A stretch of DNA of 64,000 nt, from assembly GCA_964019425.1 (NCBI GenBank), contig OZ025792.1:1116001-1180000 (forward strand), in the 5' to 3' direction. A program made the translations under genes and the position numbers. Positions 1 through 11,706 of this stretch are shown piece after piece (within the stretch, counting starts at the first letter, position 1; every line of letters starts with the position of its first letter). This DNA is from Flectonema sp. DT1601. Taxonomy: Eukaryota. The notes under the pieces are model-generated. The model was given only the letters and a program-made list of their open reading frames with translations, made no database searches and was not told where the DNA came from.

Positions 1-3000
1 GACATTCCTGGCGGTGGTACCTCACCTGACGTTATATTCTTTAAAGGATCAATTGTATTAGAAGAATTTTCAATCATAAATGAAGACAGTAAACATAACT
101 CGGATCATCGACCTCTACTCGCTATCTTCGACACAATGGCTCACCTCTCTCAAGCAACAGTTGGAGCAAGGAAACGAACTGTCTGGGATTTCAAATCTAC
201 AAACTGGAGTGCTTTCAGACAGCAACTTGATAGAAGAATTGATAGGGCTAAGTTCTCGGATGATGCCACTGGTAATGTTGGATTATTAAATAACATAATA
301 CATGAAGTAGCTGCGAGGAACGTGCGGAGGAGAATCTTATTTAAGGGCAAGCGCCGACGTAAGTGGAAGACCTCTTCACCTGAATCTATAAAATCAAAAG
401 GTAGTCACCTGAAAGACCAACTGAGGAAGGGGAACAACTTTAACTTCGCCTTCAAGAAGATTAAAGAACTCCAACAGGACGCTGGTAAGGACATCAGCGT
501 ATCAAATATATCTGAGAACGATTTACCTGCAGCATTTCTGGACCTCTTTGTGGCCGATGGGGATGCTGCTAAACTCGAAGCCCCTTCATTGAAGAAAGAA
601 GACTTGGAATTGGACATCTGTTGTGACTTCACAGATACCGAGATATCAGCAGCAATTAAAAACCTGAAGCCTCGCAAAGCAGCAGGCCCTGACGGTATTC
701 ACAACGAAATGCTTAAGAACTTATCTCAGAAGGCAGTTGACTGTTTATTAAAGGTGATCAATTCTTCGTGGAGATCCTCCAATGTTCCATATCTTTGGAA
801 ACAGGGGTTAATCAAACCGATGTTCAAGTCGGGCAAACCGCGGAACGATATTAAAAGCTACAGACCAATCACACTCACTTCGGTTGTTGGCAAACTGGCT
901 GAGAGGTTGGTGTACGACAGGCTCATGCATTGGCTTACCGAAAACTCAGCACTCAGTCCGATTCAAGCTGGCTTCAGACGGGGCAGAAATACCTGCGAAC
1001 AAATCACAATTCTGGTGGACGCCATGGTAAACAACCACACGAAGGGGAGGAGGTCAGTCTTCTTGTCATTCGATTTCACAGCAGCCTTCGATAGGATTAA
1101 CCATCGAATTTTACTTTCAAAACTACAAAGAATGGGCATCCCAACCTTCATCGTTCGATGGATAACGGACTTTCTAACCAATAGGAAGGTCAGAGTTGAT
1201 GCAAATGGACATTTCAGTAAGTTTCGTACGCTGTCAAAAGGAGTGCCTCAAGGATCAATCTTAGGCCCACTACTCTATTTAATATATGTTGACGATCTGT
1301 GTAAGATTCTCTCACAAGAGAAGGAAACGACTTTGACCGCACTGTATGCAGACGACACCGCTTGTGCAGTATTTGGCTCGACCATGGACGAAGCAATCTC
1401 AAACGCTCAACGAATACTTGACATCGTTGACAAGTGGTGCCGTGATAATGACATGGCACTTTCAGTCTCCAAGACTTGCGCTCTGAAAATGGATATTCAA
1501 TCGAAAGAAGTAACCCTGACTGATACTAGCGACCGCGAACTCTTATTCTCAAAATCACTGGAAGTACGTTCGTTAGATATTGACTATTTTGATCTAGACA
1601 GCGTGATCAACACGACGACGACAAGGCCCACTTTACTGAGTGGTGAAACGATCCTCGAAGTAGAGGGGAAACCCATCAGGACTCAACAAGAATTAGAAGA
1701 TTTACTGATGTTGAACATCCACGACGAGATGAATGTCAAAGCGAAAATTAAAATTGCCTTCCTACTGCCGATCACGGACTCAGTGAAATATCTGGGTGTT
1801 TACATTGATAACAGGCTCAGGTTTGATAAACAGTTAGAGAAAATACACGACGAACTGAAGAAAGGGATCTCCCTTCTGCAGTGCCTCCAGCCATATGAAT
1901 TGGACTACAAGACCCTAAAGATGGTTAAAAACTTGTACGTGACAGCGAGGATTTCCTATGCACTGGACAGCTTTGGTTGGTTGCTCAACCAGCATAAAAC
2001 GGATGCTATCGACTTCGAGATGAGAAAAATAGCGAGACTCGTAACAGGATGCAGCAGATGTACTCCGAGGGAGTTGCTCCTTTGGGAAGCCGACATCTTA
2101 CCGTTTAAAAGACAAATCGAAAAGCAGACTAAAATTGCCTATTTCAGGTACAAAGCCATGACCTGGGTGCCGGACACCAACTCACTCGCATCGCCTCGAA
2201 GCTTCTGGGGTGGCCTCATTCCCCGTTCTGAAGGTCAACTAGAAAGTGTGGGGATCGTTCAACCTGACTCTATCAAACCTTGGATTGCTTCGGACAATGT
2301 TCAAATCAGCAACAGCTGCGGTTTTACAAAATCCCCTGATCCCGCAGTGGACAGGGAGAAATTCCTTACCTACAACGCGACACTTCCTCCGGTGGACATG
2401 GTGATCAACTGTGACGGTTCATACTCTTCGAATGCGTCAGGCGCGGCTCTCATTGCTAGGTCACGAGACGGAAAGAAACGTGCTCATGCGACCAGATTAG
2501 TGCGTGCGGATTGCAGCTACAGAACTGAGCAACATGCCTTGAAAAATGCGGCAAACTACTTAAACTGGAAGGTACAGAAAGACGGGCTAACTAAGTCAGT
2601 CAGAATCTATACCGACTCAAAATCATTGTTGGACGAGTTGAAGGGTGGCAGGTGTAAACAGAGAAACACCAGATCCCTCGGCATCCTCGAGAACCTACGG
2701 AACTGCGGTATGAAAGTACATCTTCAATTCATCCCTTCTCATATGGGGATAGAAGCACACGACGAAGTTGATGAACTTGCTAAGAAATCGGCTCACAACA
2801 GATACCTCCCTCAAATCCCAATCCGAGGATCCTTCTTCTATCACAAATCCCGAGTGAGGAGGGGGATCACGAAGGACATTTGGAACAGAATTGGTTACAC
2901 TTGCTATAAAAACACCGTCAAAGGTGCCGCGATAAAATATCCTCCCGACATGAAAAGGAGCGATGAAATCAGAATTGCGAATTTTAGAACGGGGTGTCAT

Positions 3001-3306
3001 CCACTGATGCAAAACTGGCGGAAAGCCATCAAATGTCCATTCTGCCATAGCGCTCCATCCAACCAACTCCACCTACTCGTAGGCTGTCCATCACAGAAAC
3101 TCGATGCAGCCAGATATGAAATCCTTGGCTTTTCTACATTGACAGGCAAATGGGACCGATCAAGTGATCTAATCCTCATCAACGGCATTCCTGCCAGTCT
3201 TGGCTCAATCTTTGCCACCAGCTGGCTTCCTTCAGTAGCGATGTTGATCAGGTGGATGGAACAAGCATCCAACCTGAGACTTTGGAATTGTGTAGGTGAC
3301 ACGTAG
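1..3306 (+). mobile_element. Ingi/I-group non-LTR retrotransposon ORF (APE C-terminus, reverse transcriptase, RNase H, C-terminal Zn knuckle); 5' part lies outside the window
   Basis: Frame is open from base 1 (DIPGGGTSPDV...NSDHRPLL, the end of an APE domain). RT motifs KAAGPDG, YRPITLTS, QAGFR, FDFTAAFD, GVPQGSILGP, YADD (1345), KYLG (1786). RNase H motifs CDGS, TEQHAL, YTDS, IPSHMGIEAHDEVDELAK. CPFC...HLLVGC knuckle near 3034. No internal stops. Confidence 0.95.
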
Positions 3307-3782
3307 TCGCCATTTAAGTGTTTTATCAATATTTAGTATTTTCATCATTATCAATCATCTCCTGGTTGGGTAACTGCACATCACCTTCGGTGTTGTCGCA
3401 GTGTCTCTTCCAACACTCCTGTCTCCTTTTTCTCCTATTCTCCTTATAAATTTCTCTTGAGGGCAGGCCTTCGGGCTGTTCAAGTGGTCTTTGACCACCG
3501 CTCTAGTTATATGCTCGATTCTTTGTTTTTCCTTATCGATGGTAGGAATGGTAACCGAATTAGCTTCGTGTGTCCAATTTCAAGGACGCGTGACCATTTA
3601 TTTTTTCCCGTTGCCGCTCTTCTTACGTCCTCAGGCGGAGCCTACCTATGTTTCCCGTGTTTTCCAATTTGTCAGACTTAAACCAAAAGAAAGTATAAAA
3701 GAAAGACAAAACAAAGAAGTGAAAAGAACAAAAACAAAGAGTCTGGAAGCACAGACGAGTGTAACCAAAAAAAAAAAAAAAA

Positions 3783-3856
3783 GACGACGCAATTTGTCGA
3801 GTGGTATGATTGCAGACTTGCATTCGCTAGGCTGCGGTTCGAACCCCTGTCGGGTC
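3783..3856 (+). pseudogene. tRNA-like element (degenerate; Pro-like D arm, TGC at the anticodon position)
   Basis: A-box-like TCGAGTGGT and B box GGTTCGAACCC; 74 nt; followed immediately by a long T run. Acceptor and anticodon stems pair poorly. Confidence 0.65.
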
Positions 3857-4479
3857 TTTTTTTTTTTTTTTTTTTTTTCCTTCCCAGTGACCAACAGGTA
3901 CACTGTCTGCACTGGCCGTTCGGTCAGGAACGCCGCCGCTGACGTCGTGCGTCGTATCCGTACTGCTGATTCGTTCTGTCACGTTCGGACACTCGTCGCT
4001 CTGAGACATTGCTTAGTGCAGGTTGCTGACTAACAACATCGTTTGAAAGTCTTACACCAGAACCTCATTGGTACCTTACAAAGACCCTGCATCAAATTCA
4101 CACGCGGGTCGTTCTTCAAGGTCAATAGTGTAAACTTCCACTCGACTTAGGACCTCGCTTGGAAGCTTCTGTCATCGCGCAATTCTTCCTTAAGTTAAGT
4201 TAAACTTAACTTTAACATAAGAGAGTAATCCATCGTCCTGTTAACCTCTATTCTCTCATCATGGTGTAGAAGTAAGTTAGTCAACTATTGATGTAGTTAC
4301 TTAATTGTAATGTTCATAAAAAAACATTCTTATTGTTGTAATCTTTTGGACGCAAGCCCTAACACGATCAAAAAGTAACCACCAGTGGTGACTAAGTGAT
4401 CCAGTCTGGCTTACTTCAAAGGCTAACATAGTCAAGCACAGTCACTGCGGATGTGTTGTGTAGCATCACGGCTCCGATC

Positions 4480-4699
4480 GGAGAACCGTAGATACCAGGG
4501 ACTAGAAACGGGAGTTCCTCTCGTACTACCCCGTATTGTGGTCGACTTACACTGCCAAGGGGTCTCTCCCCATCAGTAGGTAAAACTTGTCTCACGACGG
4601 TCCTGTTAGTGGGTGAACTATCCAACCCTTGGACAATTCTGCTTGTCTAGGCTAGGAAGAGCCGACATTGAAGGATCAAAAGCAATGAACGCTTGGCTG
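4480..4699 (-). pseudogene. LSU (28S) rRNA fragment: peptidyl-transferase region plus sarcin-ricin loop, with internal deletions
   Basis: Minus strand reads CAATGTCGGCTCTTCCTAG...GGATAGTTCACCCACTAACAGG...ACCGTCGTGAGACAAG...CTACTGATG and AGTACGAGAGGAAC (4514-4527). Conserved segments are deleted. Left boundary approximate. Confidence 0.9.
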
Positions 4700-4978
4700 G
4701 GTTTGCAGGCCCCAAAAGCTGAACGAAAAAATTGGGCCGTTCGAATCACTAACTTGCATGTTGTCGGTTGCAGTCATCACTCACCTGTCAGCATACTCTT
4801 TACCTTAATTACGCTTAACCCTAACGATGATTTGGCAAATAACAAACCTTGAGGGCATCATTGCGTTGCTACGCTGCACCACGTTGGTAGTATTTAAAAG
4901 TTAACAAAGCCTTAAAAAAAATTGAGTAACAGCGAGATGAACAGATGCCCAGAAAAAAAATTCCGGGAAAAAAAAAAA

Positions 4979-5050
4979 TCCCCCCGAGGGACTCGAACCC
5001 CGTACCTCCAGGGCTTCAGTCCGGCACCAACACCACTGCGCTATCACGGA
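4979..5050 (-). pseudogene. tRNA-Phe(GAA)-like pseudogene
   Basis: Minus strand TCCGTGATAGCGCAGTGG...GGACTGAAGCCC...GGGGTTCGAGTCCC followed by a T run; acceptor stem is mismatched. Confidence 0.7.
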
Positions 5051-6893
5051 TTTGAAAAAGATTTCGCCCAGAATAGAGGGCTGTCGATTTGGAAAAAAGG
5101 TCAAAAAAGCTACACAAGGCCGTGACCGTAGTATACGTTTCTCCAAACCTGGGGGTGGATCTGTAGGTTTTCCCTTCTTATTTTTCTTAATGTATTATAA
5201 ATTATAATAATTATGTTAATTTATAATTAAAATAAAGAAAAAAACTCATTCAAGGCAGAGATAAGGAATCGCTGAACCCAGACAACAAAATCTTGGTAAT
5301 CTACAAGATAATATAAAAGTTAAAATAACAAAAAAAAGAGTTCAAAACACTAAAAAAAAAAAAAAAAAAGCAAGCACTCGGTTTTTTCAATTATTTCTTT
5401 CTTGTATGAGGTATTTTCAATTTAGTACCCCGTATGTACGCAGATCTGGGTTACCTCCACACATGAGGTGCTAATAGCTCATTGTGACTGCAACGGGACA
5501 TTTATTTCTCTACAACTAAATTGCTTAAACTCTACAAGTCGATTATTAAAATAAATAAGAATTCGTACACCCGTTATCTGGTTACTAATAACTTGCATGA
5601 TTTGTTCCTATTTTATTGTTGCCAAAATGACTAACTCCAACACTGAAGTTGTAAATTCAATTTAAAAAAAAAAAAAAAGCACTCTGAAAAGGGAGAGGAA
5701 AAACTGATGATCCGTAAGGTTGACTCGTGCAATCCTGTCTCAACAGTTATGTATAAGAAAAGAGAGAAGAACCGTTAGTTAGTAATGATAATTATCAATC
5801 AAAAAAATCAAATGCAAAAACTCATAGGACAACAAACACACAAACGGTTTTGGCAAGTCCATCAGACCACCGAGTATCGGTTAAACGCTCAAATAGAACC
5901 TGGTAGCTCTTCGAGGGTCTCCAATACTGCAGTAGAAGGCTGAACCTTATCCTAAGAACATTGTTTTATTAGTTCGGCACAGGGCATACATGAATTTAAA
6001 TATAAACATGGTTGAAACACAAAAAACAAGGAATGAAGATGCACAAATTGAAAATAATACTGCCCACAGCAATACCCGAGAAACTTAATAAATAAATCAC
6101 TACAGAGCGGGTGAATGCTTCCCTCCGTGAACGAAACGAATTAAAGAAGCGATAAACCGTACTGCGAGGCGTTTATTCCATCAAGGGATTAACGAAAAGA
6201 AAAGAAAGAAGAAATAAAGACAAACGTTTGTATCAATTTGAATACAACGCGAAATCATTAGTAAGTAAGCTAGCGGGTTCAACAAGCCACCGAGTACCAG
6301 TTATGTCCCCAAAGAGAATCAGGTAGCTCTTCAAGAATTCCTAATACTACGGTAGCAGATTGTGAACCTAATCCCAAGAGGATTATATTGTTAGTCTCCA
6401 CACGAGGCATACTAAATCAAGATATCTGTAACCTCAATACTTCAACGTATCACTAGCAAGAAAGAATATTGAAAAACATGAAATAAATAAATAAGGAAAC
6501 TAGGAGATGAGATGTTACCGAGGGTGGGGCTGGGGGTGATAATATGACACTAACTAAAATGGCCAAGACGACCATTTGAACGACCAGCATAAAACAACTG
6601 AAGAATTGATAAAACAGAAATCAATAAAAAGAGAAAACGAGAACTCCACCGCAAAGTGTCAACTAAACAGAAACCTATAACAAAATGAACCTGTACTCTT
6701 GACCACTACCATGCGACAAACACCAAAAGGGAGAGCTGGAAACCAGATTAGCGTAAGAAATATAGAACTGAAAATTTCTGCGCAAGAATAAAAATTTATA
6801 AAAAAAACTTAGGCAATAACAGCCTCAGGGTTCCAATACTTTATTACGTTTATTCATATTTGAGAGTTGATACAACAAGAAGAACAACAGTAA

Positions 6894-9800
6894 CTAAATC
6901 TCAATTATCTTGGAACTTCTGTTCTTATCCAGGAATTCTTGTTTCATTAAAGAAAGCTCTAAAGAAGCTTCCCCTGTTGGTAAATTCCTCATCGTCAACA
7001 CTGAACCAGAATTCGATGTCCTTGAAAACGAAGCCAACGGATGCATCGATGGCAACGGCGACAACGCATCACTCATCGACAATCCCAAACTCGATCTCAT
7101 CGGCATTGACTCGCTTACTACAGAAGTCTCATCAAGCTTCTTATTCTTTTCCCAATGTCTTTGTTGTACTCGAGTTCGAATACCCTTGCACAGAATGTAT
7201 CCTTCAACAAGAACATCAATTCCTGACTTAACTATTAAAACCATTACCGAAGCAAATAGAAAAGTAGAAGCGACTTCGAAACCGTAGTGTCCGGTGTTCT
7301 CTTCGTAGTAACCTGCCGCCATGCAGAAAAGAGCACCTGCCTGGAGACCGAGGAGGACGAAGTCGACAGTGCTGTCACGTGCTCGACAGTGCGGCCAGAG
7401 AATTGCTTCGAGTACAAGGAGAATTAGAAAGAGAAATCCTTCAAAAAGTTTCTTGTGTCCGCACTGAATTAAAGTTCTGGTATTGAGAGACTCCATAGCA
7501 CTGATCGCAAGCATCGAAGCAAACTCCACAATACTAAACCAAACTACTTCCTGACGAAATGATCCAATCACTGTTCTGTAACGATTCACCCAATGAAGCT
7601 CAACATGATTGCTGACCCATTCTCCAGGTCCCATCAACAGTCGCTTCAATCCATAACGAGCATCGTCAGCGTACACTGCCTGACTAGGAACTCCCTTCCT
7701 GCATTCTCTAAAGATAAATATTGGAACAGCAACACAACCACAACACGTAACAAATCCTATTATAAAGTGAAATGGCGTATTCGGGTAGCTCACAAGAGAC
7801 ATCCCACCTTGTGTCGTACCTTGGTATAAGAATTGGAAGACGAACAACGGAGCCGAAGGAAATCTCAGTAATCCCTGAGTGTCCAAACCATTGAACAACT
7901 TTGGGGCACAACTCGTACCTCCCCGTTCTGCTATCTTTAATATGAAGAAACACAATACTGCAAACCCGAATGATATCATCACATTCCCAGCCACCATTCC
8001 AAGCGCATAACTGCCTCCAATTTTCCACTGTGTCGGGTGTAGAGGTCGAGGGTACTCCCTCGATGAATTATTCTCATTTCCAGCACGGCAGCTTCCAGAT
8101 ATCGCAACCAACCGCAAGGCTGGTCCCGCTGATGCACCGGCTCCCAAAGCAGAAGCCGCCGCAGCCGCAGAACCCACCCCTTCAACGGTTTCCGCCGTCT
8201 TCTTGTCGATCACTGGTGGAACTTCTGTTGGAGGTGCGGCAGTCTCAGGCACGCTAGTGGAAGGAACAGGAGTAGGAGGTAACGGAGAAGGCATCGGTGT
8301 TGGAATTGATGTTGGAGGTAATGTTGGCACAGCGGTTGGTACAGCAGTTGGTATTACAGGAACGGAAGTTGGAACTGCAGTTGGTACAGCTGTCGGTACG
8401 ATCGTCGGTATGGTTGTTGGAACAGCTGTTGTACCAATCGGTTGGGTTGTTGGAACAACAGTTAGCACGGCGGCAGGGACAGTTGTTGGAATTGCAATAA
8501 TTCGAATGGGTACTGCTGTGCCTCTAAAGATTACAACGGGTACAGCTGTGGGAACAACTGCTAGTACTGCGGTCGGCATGGCTGTTGGAACCGCGGTGGG
8601 GACAGCTGTTGGTACTGCGGTCGGCATGGCTGTTGGAATCGCGGTGGGGACAGCTGTTGGTACTGCGGTCGGTATGGCTGTTGGAACCGCGGTGGGGACA
8701 GCTGTTGGTACTGCGGTCGGTATGGCTGTTGGAATCGCGGTGGGGACAGCTGTTGGTACTGCGGTCGGTATGGCTGTTGGAATCGCGGTGGGGACAGCTG
8801 TTGGTACTGCGGTCGGTATGGCTGTTGGAATCGCGGTGGGGACAGCTGTTGGTACTGCGGTCGGTATGGCTGTTGGAACCGCGGTGGGGACAGCTGTTGG
8901 TACTGCGGTCGGCATGGCTGTTGGAATCGCGGTGGGGACAGCTGTTGGTACTGCAGTCGGCATGGCTGTTGGAATCGCGGTGGGGACAGCTGTTGGAACT
9001 GCCGTTGGCACCGCTGTTGGAACGGCTGTTGGTATTGCCGTGGGCACGGCTGTTAGAACAGGTGTTTTTCTTCCATAGAGCCTACACCTGCTATTTGATT
9101 TATTGAGAGTGTAAATAAAGTCTGAGACTGCAATAATTTCATCAGCAGCATTCGCTACGGTATCGACAATTCCACCGTCGAAGACTTTAAGACTGGGACC
9201 GATACCGTAAGCTACTCCTGGAGTGTCTCCATGTTGACAGGTTACGTCTAACATATTACCAGGGTTAGTTGTTACGCGGCTAGATAACGAAGTAGCCAAT
9301 CCACCGAAGAAAGTATTGTCTCCCACGGCAAAGACATATCCGTTGCAGGCAACAATGCGTTTGAGTCTGTTCACGTCGTCAAAATATGTTGCAGAGGACG
9401 ATTTGGATTTTAGTCTACCGACTTCTGGAGTAGTGGATGTGTATTTACCGAGGAAAAATATCATCCCGGAGGACTTGTCTACGGTAATTGATCCGATGTC
9501 TCTGTTTCTTAAGAAGCTTCCTGAGCTGTCTACAGTTCCCATGGCAATGTTTGCCATTTCGAAGTATATTATCCCTTCTTTTTGACATGCGCCATAGATA
9601 GTAGTTCCCTGAGCAGCGAGGTCAAGACAACTTCCAGTGTATGGAAATTCCATCACATTCGCAGAGTCAATTGTACCTACAGCAAGAAGAGGAAATACAT
9701 GTAGCTTACCAGGTTCAGCAGCAACCAAATAAGGTGTTCCTCCGATAGTTATTGAAGTAGCAGTAATAATGTTTGAAGTATAACTCTTTATTGACATAAC

Positions 9801-10004
9801 TGAGCACCGAGAAGTTTCAGGATCAAGCTGACTGATTAGAGTATCAGAAAATATGTACATCCACTTGTCATAAACAGCAATTGATCTTATTGCAGCAAAG
9901 TATACAGAAGTATGTATAGAATCTGTTTTGTAGCATGTTGCTAATTGCACCACAGTCAGAAGGATGAAAAACGTCCCCACATGCCTGAAGGTACTTGCCG
10001 CCAT
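6894..10004 (-). CDS. Mucin-stalked 7-TM surface protein, paralogue 1 (bodonin/adhesion-receptor-like), ~1036 aa
   Basis: Long intact ORF. Signal peptide MAASTFRHVGTFFILLTVVQLATC, ~300-aa beta-rich head, (PTAV/I/M)n stalk, LHPTQW...AGNV motif, seven hydrophobic segments, Ser-rich tail. Start moved from the ORF-track TTG (10052) to the ATG that follows the CAG acceptor. Confidence 0.9.
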   Translation of the reverse strand: MAASTFRHVGTFFILLTVVQLATCYKTDSIHTSVYFAAIRSIAVYDKWMYIFSDTLISQLDPETSRCSVMSIKSYTSNIITATSITIGGTPYLVAAEPGKLHVFPLLAVGTIDSANVMEFPYTGSCLDLAAQGTTIYGACQKEGIIYFEMANIAMGTVDSSGSFLRNRDIGSITVDKSSGMIFFLGKYTSTTPEVGRLKSKSSSATYFDDVNRLKRIVACNGYVFAVGDNTFFGGLATSLSSRVTTNPGNMLDVTCQHGDTPGVAYGIGPSLKVFDGGIVDTVANAADEIIAVSDFIYTLNKSNSRCRLYGRKTPVLTAVPTAIPTAVPTAVPTAVPTAVPTAIPTAMPTAVPTAVPTAIPTAMPTAVPTAVPTAVPTAIPTAVPTAVPTAIPTAIPTAVPTAVPTAIPTAIPTAVPTAVPTAIPTAIPTAVPTAVPTAVPTAIPTAVPTAVPTAIPTAMPTAVPTAVPTAVPTAMPTAVLAVVPTAVPVVIFRGTAVPIRIIAIPTTVPAAVLTVVPTTQPIGTTAVPTTIPTIVPTAVPTAVPTSVPVIPTAVPTAVPTLPPTSIPTPMPSPLPPTPVPSTSVPETAAPPTEVPPVIDKKTAETVEGVGSAAAAASALGAGASAGPALRLVAISGSCRAGNENNSSREYPRPLHPTQWKIGGSYALGMVAGNVMISFGFAVLCFFILKIAERGGTSCAPKLFNGLDTQGLLRFPSAPLFVFQFLYQGTTQGGMSLVSYPNTPFHFIIGFVTCCGCVAVPIFIFRECRKGVPSQAVYADDARYGLKRLLMGPGEWVSNHVELHWVNRYRTVIGSFRQEVVWFSIVEFASMLAISAMESLNTRTLIQCGHKKLFEGFLFLILLVLEAILWPHCRARDSTVDFVLLGLQAGALFCMAAGYYEENTGHYGFEVASTFLFASVMVLIVKSGIDVLVEGYILCKGIRTRVQQRHWEKNKKLDETSVVSESMPMRSSLGLSMSDALSPLPSMHPLASFSRTSNSGSVLTMRNLPTGEASLELSLMKQEFLDKNRSSKIIEI

Positions 10005-10045
10005 ACTGTGTGGGTGGCTGTGAGTGAAGAACATGTAAAACATAA
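10005..10045 (-). promoter_or_regulatory. Putative (trans-)splice acceptor: pyrimidine-rich tract plus two CAG just before the ATG; identical in all seven paralogues
   Basis: Minus strand TGTTTTACATGTTCTTCACTCACAG CCACCCACACAG T ATG. Confidence 0.6.
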
Positions 10046-10821
10046 TACTCAAATAACTTCGTCAATCAATTCTACTCTGATGAGGGGCATCTTGTCAATT
10101 GAAACTTCTGCATAATTGTGATAACTGATGCAAAGATGAGAATAAGAGTAAATAATTTCATTACCTTGTCTTCAACAGAGTTAGAAAGATTGGGTGTAGA
10201 TCCTATCTAGTCGATTGGTCGATCGTTCGAACGATTCTTAGATCCAAAGCTCTCGATAGAACGGATGGTTTGCTTACTTCGAGTCGATGCGCGGGGCAGG
10301 TATCGGAAGAAAGAAGAGAATTTCGCGTGGCCTGAGTTGCTTTGTTTATCGGAGAGGCTTCATACTGAATACCACACGGCACTCCTGAGAATCGTTATCG
10401 TGGATCAGAACCTCCGTGTGTGACTGGGTTAGAGCTTCCAATTTTATTTAAATTGAGGGAAAATGGCGTAAGACATATTTCAGCGTCTTCCATTTGTTAA
10501 TTTACCAAAGTCAGGGTAGTCAACCTCTAGAGAATCCAAAGATCATGTGATAGACACAATGAAATATTAAGTTAGTAATATTAAACGCTCGATGTAAAAA
10601 GAAAGAAAACTTTTTGAAAAAGCAGTGAAGCACTACAAAGAAGGGAAGATGGCAGACAGGTGATTGAAAACAAATAAAAGGGAAAACCCACTAGTCTTTT
10701 TTTTTTATGAGTGCTCCACGACCCACCCTGTTTCTCTTTTATTTTTAACCCTTGTTGAGTGGAAGGGTACCTGCTCTCAAGAGAATAATATTGATAAGGG
10801 GAATAGGAGCATAGTTTATAA

Positions 10822-10905
10822 TTGCAGGTCTTAGAAACGGAAAGCGCCACGTCATTTTCATAGAAACAGTTGTTGACTATGTTGAGTATCAGTTGGGCGG
10901 ATTTA
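10822..10905 (-). mobile_element. Short RT fragment of a LINE related to the element at 1-3306 (second copy at ~17240-17323)
   Basis: KSAQLILNIVNNCFYENDVALSVSKTC aligns with SNAQRILDIVDKWCRDNDMALSVSKTC of the intact element. Confidence 0.8.
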
Positions 10906-11483
10906 AATATCAAGACTGTGACCGTAGTATACGTTTCTCCAAAGTTTTGGGTAGACTTGTAGGTTTTCAAAAAAAAAGAAAAAAAGTTGAGAAAATGTTT
11001 GAGCATATTTATAAGGACACAAATATATGTGTTGTATCAAAGTAAACCAATTTAAACGTTAAGAAATCAAATGCAAAAACTCGTAGGACAACAAACATGG
11101 TTGATTTTGGGCTAAAATTATTTTGTTGTTACCTTCTCATTGATTAGTTGATATTTATCGTTTGTGTTCGCATGTTTTGCTGTGTTAGCAGCAAACATGA
11201 ATTGAAAAAGAATTTCAACACATCATGTATCTAAATATGAGCGTACTAAAAATATATAAGAGAAAAAAAAAGACAACGCAAGTCACTGGAAGCGTTGAGA
11301 ACGTTCTCAAAAGAATACAATCTCATCAACTGCATAAAAGAAAAAGAATTACTGCACAAGCAGTGAGTGAGCAATGGAACGTGACATCACACAATTCATT
11401 CGTTGATCAGACATCAATGGTTGAATTATGCTTTGACACACTCTGAAGAAATAACTAACAAAAAGTTTATACAACGCAACAAA

Positions 11484-11675
11484 GTTAGTATTAATAATTA
11501 TCAGTCAATCAAAAAAAAAAAAAAAGCAAAATCTCGTAGGACAACAAACAAGTTGGTTTCGAGCTAAGATTAAAAACAATCTTTCTTCGGACCATGCCCC
11601 TTACCCAGCCCTCTTCAGCGAAGAAAGCAAGGGGGACACTGCGGTGTCAGGCTTGCCCTACTCATCGCGTTTGCC
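11484..11675 (-). mobile_element. Short retroposed insertion flanked by a 16-bp direct repeat
   Basis: TATACAACGCAACAAA at 11468-11483 and 11676-11691; the insert begins with the GTTAG tail motif shared by many spacer elements. Confidence 0.6.
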
Positions 11676-11706
11676 TATACAACGCAACAAAGTTAGTTAG
11701 TATTAA

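Noticed and set aside
3366..3498. Three hairpins in the LINE 3' UTR as a ribozyme
   Set aside because: The stems are real but match no catalytic core I recognise; ordinary 3' UTR structure.
5702..5745. AACTGATGATCCG repeat (also 12665, 19564, 46712, 56929) as a hammerhead or C/D snoRNA
   Set aside because: No GAAA strand or closing stems, and no convincing box D/terminal stem.
8025..8050. LHPT as a GPS autoproteolysis site (HL|T)
   Set aside because: No CxC motif, and only ~70 aa lie between stalk and TM1, too short for a GAIN domain.
10005..10052. ORF-track N-terminal extension MSIMFYMFFTHSHPHS
   Set aside because: It starts at TTG and overlaps the acceptor tract; the signal peptide begins at MAAS. 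The upstream in-frame ATGs are not fully excluded.
10077..10120. CTGATGA...GAAAC on + upstream of every paralogue, as a hammerhead
   Set aside because: Stem II is weak and I found no stem III/UH or stem I partner.
10200..10440. GC-richer block (copy ~16620-16858) as a tyrosine-recombinase/TATE fragment
   Set aside because: Only a vague TSSR motif; cannot be supported without a search.
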